Positions 38,910-51,110 of a stretch of 64,000 nucleotides of DNA are shown piece after piece. Below the pieces are notes generated by a model, which worked only from the letters and a program-made list of their open reading frames with translations, did no database searches and was not told the DNA's origin. Source of the stretch: Mobula hypostoma (taxonomy: Eukaryota); the NCBI RefSeq assembly GCF_963921235.1, contig NC_086097.1, positions 41,046,001-41,110,000 on the forward strand, in the 5' to 3' direction. Both the position numbers and the translations under genes were made by a program. Numbering within the stretch: the stretch's first letter is position 1; every line of letters begins with the position of its first letter.

Positions 38910-39870
38910 GCAACACTCTGAAAATGCTGGAGGAACTGAGCAGGTCAGTCAGCGTCTATAGAAATGAATAAACATACAATGTTTCAGGCTAAGACCCTTC
39001 ATCAGGACTAGAAAGGAAGGGGGCAGATGACAGTAAAAAGGGGAAGGATAGCTAGAGGTGATAGGTGAAGCCAGGTGGGTAGGAAAGGAAAAGGGCTGGA
39101 GTAGAAGGAATCTGACAGGAGAAGAGTGTGGACCATAGGAGAAAGGAAAGGAGGAGGGGCATTGGGGATGGTGATAGGCAGGTGAGAGGAGGTAAGGGGC
39201 CAGAGTGGGGAATAAAAGAAGAGGGGAAGGGTAGGAAATTTTTCTTACCGAAAGGAAAAGTCAGTATTCTTGCCATCAGGTTGGAGGCCTCCCAGACGGA
39301 ATATAAGATGTTGCTTCTCCACCCTGAGGGTGGCCTCATCGTGGCACAAAAGGAGGCCATGGACTAACTGTTTGAGAATGGGAATCACAATTAAAATGTT
39401 TGGCCATCGGGAATTTCTGCTTTTGGCAGATGTAGTGGAGCTGCTCGACGAAACAGTATCCAATTTACGACAGGTCTCACCGATGTAGGGAAGGCTGCAT
39501 CAGGAGCACTGGACACAACAGGGAACTCCAGCAGATTCACTGGAAGGACTGTTTGCGATGTGGAATGAAGATGAGGGAGGAGGTGAATGGGCAGGTGTAG
39601 CACTTTGGAAGCTTGCAGAGATAAGTGCCAGGCTGGATGAATGAACAAGGGAATCATGGAAGGAGCAATTTCTGTGGAAAGTGGCGAGATTGGTGGGGTT
39701 GGGGGTGGGGAGAGGTAAAGATATGTTTAGTGGTAGGATCCCTTTGGGAGTGCCAGAAATTGCAGAGAATAATGTGTTGAATATGAAGGATAGGCAAGGA
39801 CAAGAGGAACTATCACTGTTAAGACGGCAGGATGATGAAGTAAGCATGAATGTTCAGGTAAGCACAGCAT
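38910..39870 (-). mobile_element. Penelope-like element 3' portion (GIY-YIG endonuclease remnant plus terminal repeat)
   Basis: Minus strand: GVPCCVQCS*CSLPYIGETCRKL (decayed GIY-YIG) and GLLLCHDEATLRVEKQHLIFRLGGLQPDGKNTDFS; terminal repeat contains CTGATGA..GAAAC. Confidence 0.85.
38981..39005 (-). ncRNA. Minimal hammerhead-ribozyme-like core in a Penelope terminal repeat
   Basis: Minus strand reads CUGAUGA-AGGGUCUUAGCCU-GAAAC. Penelope-like elements are known to carry minimal hammerheads in their terminal repeats. Stems I/III and the cleavage triplet were not verified. Confidence 0.5.
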
Positions 39871-41439
39871 CAATGGTAGACGGATCTTTAAATGTTGGGC
39901 CACACTTGTTAAGTCAGTCAGGGATCTAGTCTAACAATCTAATAATCAGCACTGTGAATTGTTAATGTTATAAATTTGAACTCATACTTAAATCTGTGAA
40001 TTAGCATAAAATGGTAATAGGCATTTTCTGTTTGCATGTGTTAAGTATACAGGTCAGTGCATGCTAGAGATTTTTAAATTTATAATTGTACTTATTTGAA
40101 TTATTGCACAGAAGTGATGTAGGGTTTAATTGAAACTAATCTTAAAGGATATGGTGGGATCAGTCAGACAAGCACTCCAAATAAATTAGGCTATTTTTTA
40201 AAAGATTCACCTGATGGTGGAAATTGTCGATCTCCAGAGCAGCTGATCAGTGAATAAACGATAGCATCCAGGCAATCTTTCAATACTGATAGTGATTGTA
40301 AATTTGTGGATCTATTTTCAGAAATTTATAGACTTTCCAGTGATTGTCAGATGGTGAGCCATGATCTGAGTTGGGAGGGTAATAGAAGTGGCTGAAGAAT
40401 CTGAATTTGATTCACCCATTAAAACACACTTATTGAATGTAACTCTGTACAATACCTCTCCTCAGTTGTTCACCTCACAGAGACTGAGCTCACTTGAATT
40501 TTTATTTTCTGCTGCTTTTTCTTCCAATGGAATGCATTTTACCACATTATACCATTTCCTGGGCAACCACCAACAACAAATCCTCACTTCCTATTTCTTC
40601 ATCCATGTGCTTCTCTTGGCCATATCTTTCACAGCTGCCTACTGCTCAAATCAACTTCAGTTGCTGAAATTTTTACCATGTTCAGAATCAGTTACTTTGA
40701 AGCAGAGGTTACTAACCCAATCCTCCAGTGACTTCTGAGAGAAGACGTGGGAGAATCTCCTGTATGAATGAGGTCCATGATGCCATCGGGAGAATGAAAA
40801 GCAACAAAGCTGTTGGTCCTGACAAGACCCCACCAGGGATCATCAAAGAAGGTGGACCACCACTCCTGCACCACATACACGCCCTGCTCCCAGAAATCTT
40901 GGAAAAACGATAACTGCCCTCAGAGCTGAGGGATGTTGTAACAGGGACCATATTCAAGAAGGAAGACAAGGCAGATTGTGGCAATTACAGAGGCATCTCC
41001 CAGTTGTCAACAATAGGCAAAGTAATTGCACATATCCTTGTGAATCGACTTCTTCTGCTGTCTGAAGAAGTACTCCCTGAATCACAGTGTGGTTTCTGTC
41101 CATTTAGAGATACTGCAGACATAATCTTCACAGCAAGACAATTACAGGAAAAATGCCGTGAACAAAGGCAACCCTTGTACTTGGCTTTCATAGATTTGAC
41201 AAGGGCTTTTGATACAGCAGACCACCTAGTTCTCTGGCATATACTGTCAATACATGGCTGTCCTGACAAGTATGTACTCGTAAATACTGAGGCCTCTGCA
41301 TGATGGTACGTCAGCCACAGTCCTCAGCAATAACGATGCTGAACGAGAACGCTTCTCTGTTAAGACAGGAGTCAAGCAGGGCTGAATCATTGTGTCCACC
41401 CTATTTGGCATCTTTACTGCTGCCATCGTTCACCTCATA

Positions 41440-41985
41440 GTTCGTTAGTTCCAGCTTTATTGTCATTGCTGAGGACAACGAGACTGCAGATCTACTCCAT
41501 ACAGTGCAAAACAGCTTACTGGCAATTCAATTACTAAAAACACAATGACTATGTTTAAAATGATGTCTGAATTATTTAGAACGATATCTAACTTGCAACT
41601 AAATTTTTTTTAAAAAGCAAACTTTTTTTTTAAAAAAAGGCATTGTTCCATTGCGCAACAGCCCTGGAAAAAAGTTGCTTCTTCAGCCTGGATGTCCGTG
41701 CAGAGATGACTCTATATCTCCTGCTGGATGGTAGGAGATTGAGCAGGTGATTACTGGGGTGGGATGAGTTTATCATGATTTTGTGAGCCCACCATATACG
41801 TACATCATGAGTTGCAGATGGTTTCCATGTGTGTAGTTGTGTCCCAGTGATGTTCTAATCACTCACTGAAGTGCACTTTGGTCAATGTTGTTGCTGCTAG
41901 GGTATCATACTGTCATGCAGTAGGTCTGTATGCTCTCAATTGCACATTGATAAAGGTTTACCAGCAGCTTTTGGGGCAGGTTTGC
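41440..41985 (-). mobile_element. Rex1/Babar 3' fragment nested in RTE
   Basis: Interrupts cacctcat|tggccaag; minus-strand HPSNHLLNLLPSSRRYRV..RLKKQLFSRAV-like C-terminus and AATAAA. Confidence 0.7.
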
Positions 41986-42192
41986 ACATTGGCCAAGACT
42001 TGCCACAGGGAATCCCAATCATGTATAAAATGGACAAAAGGCATTTCAACCTCAACCAGTTAAAGGCCAAGAACAAGGCCAGCACCACCACTGTCACTGA
42101 GTTTCAGTATGCAGAAGACCTCCAGTGTATCCTGAATACCTTTGCCAAGGCATATAGATTCTGGGTTTTGTTCTGATTATAAAAAAGACACA

Positions 42193-44037
42193 TGTAACAC
42201 CTGTGTAGAACCAGTTTATTTGTGTGTGATTAGTTGTCGCACTCCTTTGAGAAAATCAAATTACACTAGGTGCTAATAGGCTATCAGAAGGTTCTAGGTA
42301 TTGGAAGGAGGCAGTGAATAGAAACCACACACTACAGGAAATAAATTTTGCTTATAAGAAAAGAACAATATAGATTAGATTAGATTATGAGGACACGCAG
42401 TCCTCTTTTATTGTCATTTAGTAATGCATGCATTAAGAAATGATACAATGTTTTTCCAGAATGATATGACAGAAACACATGACAAACCGACTTAAAAACT
42501 AACAAAAACCACATAATTATAACATATAATTACAATAGTGCAAAGCAATACCGTAATTTGATAAGAACAGACCATGGCACGGTAAAAGTCTCAAAGTCTC
42601 TCGAAGGTCCCATCATCTCACGCAGACGGTGAACCTCCAGCGCCACCAACTTGCCGATGCAGCATACTGGAAGCATCCGACCACAGTCCGACTCCGAGTC
42701 CGTCCGAAAACTCCGAGCCTCCGACCAGCTCTCTGACACCGAGCACCGAGCACCATCTTTGCCGAGCGCTTCGACCCCAGCCCCGGCAACAAGCAATAGG
42801 CAAAGCTGAGGATTTGTGGCCTTCCCCTCCGGAGATTCTCAATCACACAGTAGCAGCGGCAACAAAGCAGGCATTTCAGAAGTTACTCCAGATGTTCCTC
42901 TGTGCTTCTCACGGCTGTCTCCATCAAATCCGGATTGTGTACGGCCCCTTAGTTATACATACGATATTCATTCGGAATGGCCACGTGTATGTGTGTATAT
43001 ATACACACAAAATATTTACATGATAACAACAATTCAGAATTCAAACGTTCTGTTCAGGTTCCAAATCTTAGATATCAACAAAATTCCTGTTTAGTTAGAA
43101 TCAGTAATATTCATTACAATAACCTTTGTTACTCCAATTTCTCTAACTAATTAGATCTAGTGTTATTCCCTATTTAAAAATTTACAGACTAAACTTTCCT
43201 TTTTACTTATCTCTAGTTAATTAGAAAACCAAATATAATTCCTATTCTCAAGTATTATAGTTAACTTCAGTTTCAGTTCCAGGCAGTACATCTACAAGTT
43301 TAAATTCAAATTCAAAAATTATATATACGCAGTTTAACTCCTTTCACGACAATTCTCCAACATCACAACTCTTAAACAAAGTAAATCTCATTCAGAAACT
43401 TATCAAAATCTTTGCAAAAATAATCAGTTCTTGCAGAAAATCAAATTTGGATTCTTCAAATGAAAATAAACTTACACATCCAACCATATTAAATCCTCTG
43501 CGTCATTACACATTTCGCTCCCATGCTGGTTCTTCACCTTGGGTGACTCACCATCTAGTTTCTTGGTTCATTGGAATGAAATAGTTGATCATCCACAGAA
43601 AGTCAGTTCACAAACTTGTACCAAAACTTGATCAAATCTCGTGGTTTGATTTTGCAGAACTAATTCCTGACTACACAGTAGGGCTTGTGGACAATCATCT
43701 CTGCCGATATTGTCTTGTTAAAGCTGCTGTATGTTATAGCTGTAGCTTCAATAAATCTTTTACTGCTATTGTCTCTCCTCCAGAGGTTTCACCCTGAGGG
43801 TTTCAAGTTTTTAGGGTAAAGATACTCACTACTAATTCCACTCTTAACATTTCATGTCTTCAGCTTTTAATCATTGCTGCGTTTCTCTCCTTGTCCGTCC
43901 TGTGTCAACCATGCCCTGCCCTCGCATAGCGTTTTTATCAAATTCTTTTTTTTTTAAATTGATAAACCTTGTTTTCATCCCTCCACAGGTAGAACTTTCT
44001 AATATTACAACTTCGGGCTTAATTAGCCTGGGTTACA
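42193..44037. mobile_element. Solo-LTR-like insertion (about 1.2 kb plus a nested SINE)
   Basis: Inverted termini TGTAAC..GTTACA and a perfect 4-bp TSD CACA (42189-42192 / 44038-44041). Removing it restores RTE codons AAA AAG ACA CAG GTC CTA TAT CAG (KKTQVLYQ). Confidence 0.85.
42371..42988 (-). mobile_element. Young CpG-rich non-autonomous SINE-like element with (TAATC)n tail
   Basis: Abrupt GC/CpG-rich block inside an AT-rich LTR; (gatta)3 tail and a nearby tttatt at its left end. Confidence 0.7.
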
Positions 44038-45286
44038 CACAGGTCCTATATCAGCAAATTCCCAACCAGCCATTTGTCATAAAAGGATGATATCGCCCTT
44101 GAAAATGTAGACCACCTTCCCTGCCTTAGCAGCATTCTCTCCTCAAAAGCAGAGATCAACCACCACATGAGTGGTGCTGCTGGAACCTATGTAAGATTAA
44201 GAAAAGGAATCTTTCAAGACCACGGCCTACAGGTCCAAGCACAACTTTTGGTCTGTAGAGCCGTTGTCCTTCCTATATTATTGTATAGATCTGAATCATG
44301 GACCACCTACAGGAGATACTGAAAGCCCTGGAAGAACAACACTTAAAGAGACTTGTGAAAGATTTTGAGGATCAGTTGGAATGACAGATGTGCTAACACC
44401 AGGGTACTGGAGAAGGCCAACATGAACAGTATTTCCACCATAATAAAGCAACACTGACTCTGATGGATAGGTCATGTCATCAGATGGCTATCTAACATCT
44501 CCCCAAACAGATCTTTTACTCCTAGTTGAAGAAAAGTCACTGAGCCCTTGGTGGGCAAAGGAAAGGTTTCAGGAATACCATCAAAATCCGCCTGTAGGAA
44601 TTCAACCTTACACCTAAAAACTGGGAAGGCATAGATGCATCTGGAGGAAATCTGTTCAAGAGGAAGTTACACGGAGAGCAAGTGGCAGGTACGAAAGGGA
44701 AGAATGAACAATCAAATGACTCAACATTAACCATGGCCACCACTTACTTGTGTCCTCACTGCACCAGAAGATGTGGATCTCTGGTTGGCCTCTAAACTCA
44801 CCTGTGGACCCACCAATGGATAATCACTTAGGACAACATTTTACTTGACTACGGCGATTGCACTACACTACTCTAATGCCCCCCGCTCTGCACCCTTCCC
44901 CCCTCACCCACACTAGAATATCTTATCTGTACCCCTCTAGCTCTCTGCCTCCCTATCCATGCTTACATATATTTCGTTAATGAGAATTTTTTGCCAGTCA
45001 TTGCATTCACTCTATCTATGGATGCCGTGTATTTACATTTGTTACAGAGCATACAACATCGAGCAGTGCAACACCAGATAAACCATTTTGTCCCACAGTG
45101 TTGTGCCAGTCTTGATACTAATTTATACCTGTTCTCCTCCTTTGTTTCATGTGTATCCATCCTTCTCCTTCAACTTCATGTATCTTTCTAAAAGTCTCTT
45201 AAATTCCACCAAACCGTCTGCTTGTAATCTATTCCAGTTACCTGCCACTCTATGTAAAAATGAAACAACCTACCCCTCACATCACC

Positions 45287-48200
45287 TTTTTTTTTTCTAA
45301 TTTATTTTTTTTTAATTTTATTTTTATTTGGATAAGGAGTTCACAATTATCATGTACTTTTTTCACACATATAACCTTTTCCATTTTTTTATATGTATAA
45401 AACTACAATTATTTATACATTCTTAAGTACACATTGAGATGCTATAAAAGCAAAATAAACATTTAAATAGATAATTATGTACTGTGGTAAATCTAACCTA
45501 TTAGGCTAAGTAATGAAATTAGTTGTTAAGAAAAATGGTAATAATAGTTTCCATACAACCCTTCTGGACCATTTCCACTGGTCCAAAATGTTGCATACAA
45601 GCCTATATACCAACCATTGTAGGTGTTTATATCCCAATTTGTTCGTGCTTGTTCCTGCCCGCAGACATAATTATCCAATCCCTATGTACTTATTTACTTA
45701 ATTTTTTCATTTTTTTTATCCCTTTCCCAAATCTTTCCCTTTACTTGTGTTAATTCTCTATTTTCCAAAAAAAAACAACAAACATTTAGACTAGGGGTGC
45801 TTACGTTAGCAATATTACTGTGTTGATGAGAAGAGCAATATAAATCATTAGGAGAGTCATCTAAAGTCTGCTCGCATTGGGGTTATATATTCAATCCATT
45901 TATTCCAGATTTGATAAAATGTTTCTTTTTGAGTTCTCAGGGAGTAGGTCAACTTTTCCATTTTAAATATTTCCAAGATAATTTCGTACCAATCTTCTAA
46001 TGTAGGTGGTATTGGATTTAGCCATTTTCTAGTGATTGATTTCTTACTTGCCGCTAAGAGGGCCTGCAGCAACTTTATATCTTCCTTCTGTTCAAGGAAC
46101 AATACATGCCCCAAGTAGAGCGTCTCAAAGTTCAGAGGTATCTGGGACCTAAGTACCTTAACTAATGTTCTATGAATACCTTCCCAAAATAGACTTAATT
46201 TAGGGCAATCCCAGAAAATATGAAAATGATTTGCCTCCTTGGAGCCGCACCTTCTCCAACACATCACATTTGTATCTTTATATTTTTCCTGATATGGGGT
46301 CTTGAAGTATCTTATAATGTTTTTCCAACAATGTTCTCTCCAAGTCAAAGAATTAGTCGAGGACCATTGAAAGCTGCAGATTTTCCCCCAAGCCTCCTCT
46401 GAAAGTACCAACCCCGCTTCTTTCTCCCACTTCTCTTTAATATACAGTGTATTTACATTTTTAGCATGGGAGAGTGCATTATATAGGCGAGAAACTGATT
46501 TACTAGGTATTGAACTGCAAGCTGAATTCAGAATCTTGAAAAATTCTAATTCTACTGTTGATAGGTCTGTATATCTACAACTCTGGTTAACATAGTTTCG
46601 TATTTGAAGGTACCTAAAAAAGTCATTATGTTCTAGGCCATGTTTGTCCTGCAGGATTTGGAAACTTTGTAATACTCTTTTATCTATAAATGAGAGGTAG
46701 GTTGTAAGACCTTTCTTTATCCATAGCTCAAATCTTTTATCTCCTCTGTTGGGAAGGAATTCGGTATCATATGCACACCATCTAAAGAGTTTTAGCATGT
46801 TATTAATTCCACATGAATTAACCACCTTCTGCCATACTTTTAATGTAAGATTTATCCAAGCATTATTAAATTTTTCCAACTGGGCCATCAATCCTTTGTC
46901 AGCTATTGAGGCCTGAAGAGGAAAACTGTCAACTAATCCAAATTCTATTTCCTTCCATCTAGCCTTATATTCCCTATTACACCAATATAACAGAGGGGTT
47001 ATCTGTGAGGCATAAAAATAATTTCTCAGGCAAGGAAGAACCATACTTCTCTTTCCTTCCCTAACTGTAAGGTGTTATATCGAATTCTAGGCTTCCTTCC
47101 TTGCCAAATGAAGTGGGAAATCCATTTGTCCCATTCCCTGAATTGATTATCATCCACCTCCACTGGTAAAGTACGGAAAAGATATAATAACTGGGGAAGA
47201 ATATTCATTTTTATAGTATTTATCCTTGAATTTAAACTTAAGGGGATAACATTCCATCTATGCATATCTGCTTTTATCTCTGAGATTAATGGCCCATAAT
47301 TTACCTGTGACAGTGTTGAAAGATCCTTCGGCAGGGTTATTCCTAAATATTTTAATGATTTAGCTTCCCACTTAAGATCGTATGTATCCTGCAATTTTTT
47401 TGGATGGTGTATAATTTAGGGACATAACCTGCGTTTTCTTTACATTTATTTTATAACCTGATATTTTCCCAAAGTCATCCAACAGTGTAAACAATCCTAT
47501 AAATGATTTTTCTGGTTCACTCAGATAGACCAAAACATCATCTGCGAATAACGCCACTTTCTGTTCAATCCCTGCCACCTTGATACCTTTTACGATTTCG
47601 CTCTGTCTTATTAGTTGGGCAAGTGGTTCAATATATAGCGCAAAAAGGAGAGGAGAAATTGGGCATCCCTGTCTAGTGCCTCTCTCTAAAATGAAGGAGT
47701 CAGAGAGGTCCCCATTTATCTTAATTCGGGCTGTTGGGCTGTCATACAGAATCTGAATTACTTTAATAAACCTTTCTTGAAAGCCGAATCTTCCTAACAC
47801 TCTGTATAGGAATGCCCAACTAACCGAATCAAAAGCTTTCTCAGCGTCCAATCCTACTACCATTGTCTCTGTCTCGTTCTTATTAACCTGTTCTAATATG
47901 TGCAGAGTTCTCCTTATGTTGTCCTGTGTTTGTCTTTGTTGAATAAATCCAGTCTGGTCTAAATGGATTAGGCCAGGTAAAAGCTTTTCCAATCTGCGTG
48001 CTAATATAGATGTAAATAGTTTGTAATCTAAATTAAGAACACTAATTGGCCGATAATTGCCACATTCTAGTTTATCTTTACCCTCTTTAGGAATAACTGA
48101 AATAATCGCTTCTCTCCAGGAAGGTGGAGTTTCTCCTCTCTGCAAGATCCAATTAAAGGTGTTAAGTAGTAATGGGGCTAACTGTGTCTTCAGGGACTTG

Positions 48201-49636
48201 TACCACTCTGAGGTAAACCCATCAGAACCCGGGGACTTTCCAGCCTTTAACCTAGAGATGGCTACGTTCAGTTCTTTGACAGTTACTGGTTCTAATAAAC
48301 TTACATTTTGTAAATCTGTAAGTTTAGGTAGATCTAAAAAATTCAATACACTGTCTATATAGGGCTCATTGGGGGCCCGGGGTTGGGAGTACAGCTCTCG
48401 ATAATATGTTTCAAAACTCTTTGAATTTTCCCTATTGTACTCTCCACAAGCTTTGTCTTTGGATTCTTTATTTTATGAATTGTATTGTCTGCTTGTTGTT
48501 TTCGTAATTTATATGCTAATAATGTAGCTGATTTACCTCCTACTTCATAATTCTTTTGTCTCAGGTAAAGAAAATTTCTTTGAGTTTCCAACGTATAAAT
48601 ATCATCAATTTCACTTTGCAATTTCCTAATTTCCTGTTTTCGATTTGAATTACTTTTGTTGCTATCTCCAACTTGAAGTTGTTTTAATTTTCCTTGAAGG
48701 TCTGCTAATTTTTGTGCATTGATTTTTTTCATGTGAGTAGTAATGGAAATAATTTTCCCTCTCAGTACAGCTTTCAATGTATCCCATAAAATCACTGGTG
48801 ATGTTTCTCCCGTGTCATTAAGGTCTAGATATTCTTTGATTTCTCCCCTTAATCTCTCCATTACTTTTGGGTTATTAAGTATATGTGAGTTTAGCCTCCA
48901 TAGTGTTTTCCTCATTTTCCTTTCCAGGATTAGAGACATAGAGACTGGGCTATGATCCGACAGATCAATTGTTGCAATATTACAGTTTTTTATCCTGAGT
49001 CTATCTGTATTAAAGATAAAGAAATAGTCTATCCTTAAATAGGCTGAATGAGGGAAAGAGTAATATGTATAATCTTTACTAGTAGGGTGTAATTCCCTCC
49101 AGACATCTATAATTCCCAACTCCTCCATCAATGAATTCACTTTCCGAGTCAGAGGTTTATTCTGAGTAACTATTCTTGAAGAATCTAATATAGGATTTAA
49201 TCTAATATTAAAATCCCCTCCACAAATTACTACCCCTCGAGAACTGACCATTAGGTCAAAAATGTGTCTATAAAATGATCATTCACTACCTGGAGGAGCA
49301 TAAACATTCAGCAATGTTATTTCTGTAGCTTCTATTCTTCCTGTGATTTTTACAAACCGTCCTTCTTTGTCTCTAGTCTCTGAAATATGTTCATAATTAA
49401 GAGTACTTGATATTAAAGTAGCTACCCCTCTTTTGTGACTCAATTTATATGATGAATAAAATACATGCTTAAAGCCCATTCTTTTTAATTTTCCATGTTC
49501 AGATTGGCTCATATGTGTTTCCTGGAGGAAAGCTATTTGTGCCCTCTCTTTTTTCAATTTAGACATAATCTTATTTCTTTTAATTGGATTCAAAACCCCA
49601 TTAACATTATAGGAAATTATTTTTACCAATTCAGTT
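45287..49636 (-). mobile_element. L1-clade LINE with nearly complete ORF2 (APE-RT-CCHC), 3'UTR and poly(A); 5'-truncated, no ORF1
   Basis: SYNVNG, LQETH, GGDFN, RIDY, SDH (APE); KSPGSDG, NYRPIS, DQTGF, DAEKAFD, GTRQGCPISP, LFADD (RT); CWRRCGSKEANHFHIFWDC. One stop and about three frameshifts; T-rich tail at 45287-45330; inserted in a CR1 3' fragment. Confidence 0.95.
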
Positions 49637-49639
49637 AAA

Positions 49640-50310
49640 CACCCTTCTGTAATTTTAAAAGCGTGCCCTCTGGTCTTTGAAATTTCCAATCCGAGGAAAA
49701 GATTTTGGCGCTAACTATGCCTCTCATAACTATAAAAACTACCATCAGGTCTCCCATTAGCCTCTGATGCTCCAGAGAGAATAACCCAAGTTTGTCCAAC
49801 ATCCTGGTAAAAGTCTTCTGCACTCACCCTCTCCACAGTTTTTGCATTCTTCCTGTAATGAGAGTGACCATAACTGTACTCAACACTCCCAAGTATGGCC
49901 TGACTAGAGTTTTATATAGCTGCAGCATAACCTCAATACTCTTGTATTCGTACAACTTGGGTAGTTTTCTCTGGAGCTGTGGGGGCTGAGGAGAGACCTG
50001 ATAGAGCCTTATAAGATTATTTGAGGAAAAGATAGATAGAGAAACACTAACTTTTTTCCAGAGATGAGGTGTCTAACCCTGCACTGCCTGGGATGCTGGT
50101 GGAGGCAGAGAAGTACATCAAAGAATTTTAAGAGATATTAGATAGGCACATGAATGTGAGGGAAGTGGAAGGATACTGACATTATGTAGGCAGAAGGGAT
50201 TCGTTTAGATGGCTGATTGATTACTAAATGGTTTGGCACAACATTGTGGGCCGAAGGGCCTGGCCTTGTGCTGTACACAGAACAGTGCTATATTCTATCC
50301 ACTATGTTCT
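49640..50310. mobile_element. CR1 3' fragments in both orientations
   Basis: Minus strand QKTFTRML..LGLFSLE.QRL.GDL; plus-strand tail gggccgaagggcct..tgtgctgtac. Confidence 0.7.
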
Positions 50311-50334
50311 AAACCTCATGTTGGTGGTCAGAGT

Positions 50335-51110
50335 CTGAATAGGAATCAGAATCAAATCTATAATCACTGACATGTGTCATGAAACTTGTTGTTTTGCAGC
50401 AGGAATACAGTACAATACATAACAATTATGTTGTAAAAATAAGTTAATAGTACAATTGAAGAACAATAGATGGTGTTCATGGGTTCAGAAATCCGATGGC
50501 GAAGGAGAAGAAGTTGCCCCTAAAGCACTGGTGGTGGGTGGCTCTTCAGGCATCTGTAGCTGTAACGAGACGAGAAGAGGGCACGTCCCAGATGTCCTTA
50601 CTGATGGATGTTCCCTTTTTGGGGCACAGCCTTTTGAAGATGTCCTTGATGGTGGAGGGGGGGGTGTTGTGCCAGTGATGGGGCTGGCTGAGTCTACAAC
50701 TGTCTGTAACCCTTAGCAGCCTCTTTCATCCTGCACAGTTGGAATCTCCATTCCAGGCGGTGATGCGACCAGTCAAAACACTATCAACTGCACATCTGTA
50801 GAAATGTTTTGAGATTCTTCGGTGACATTGTAAATCTCCTCAAACTCCAAACTCCCTGGGGTTCATTCTTTGTGATTGCATCAATGTGCTGGGTCGAAGA
50901 TAGAACCTCCAATATGTTGACGGTACGACCTTGCTTCTCACCCCTTCCACCCTACCCCCCCAACCTCTCCCCACCATGAAGACTGGTTTATGTTCCCCTG
51001 ATTTGCCCCTCCTGAAGGCCATAAACAATTACTTTTTTCTTGCTGATGCTAATTGCAAGAATGTTTATGCAACACCATTCAACCATCTGATCTATCTCAC
51101 TCCTGCATGC
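50335..51110 (-). mobile_element. Decayed Rex1/Babar 3' fragment
   Basis: (aatcag)n tail and remnants of LTGRITAWNG and LSP-IKDI-KR.C motifs on the minus strand. Confidence 0.6.

Larger units (their letters stand above)
40690..44870 (+). mobile_element. RTE-clade LINE (RT to 3' end), decayed, with nested insertions
   Basis: NKAVGPD, DCGNYRGIS.LS.IGK, VLPESQCGF...R.TAD.IFTARQLQEKCREQ..LYLAFIDL..AFD, GVKQG, QYAED, KKTQVLYQ, and a C-terminal CPHC..C.S..GL..HL.TH zinc-finger remnant. Confidence 0.9.

Noticed and set aside
33755..39010. Recurring ~100-nt repeat as a CRISPR-like array
   Set aside because: Dispersed, in both orientations, with irregular spacing and no cas genes; eukaryotic Penelope origin.
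42530..42990. CpG island or promoter with several short ORFs
   Set aside because: Coincides with a nested young SINE-like insert.
49279..49689. MEISKTRGHAFK N-terminus of the L1 endonuclease ORF
   Set aside because: Derived from the flanking CR1 fragment at the insertion junction, not from a real start.
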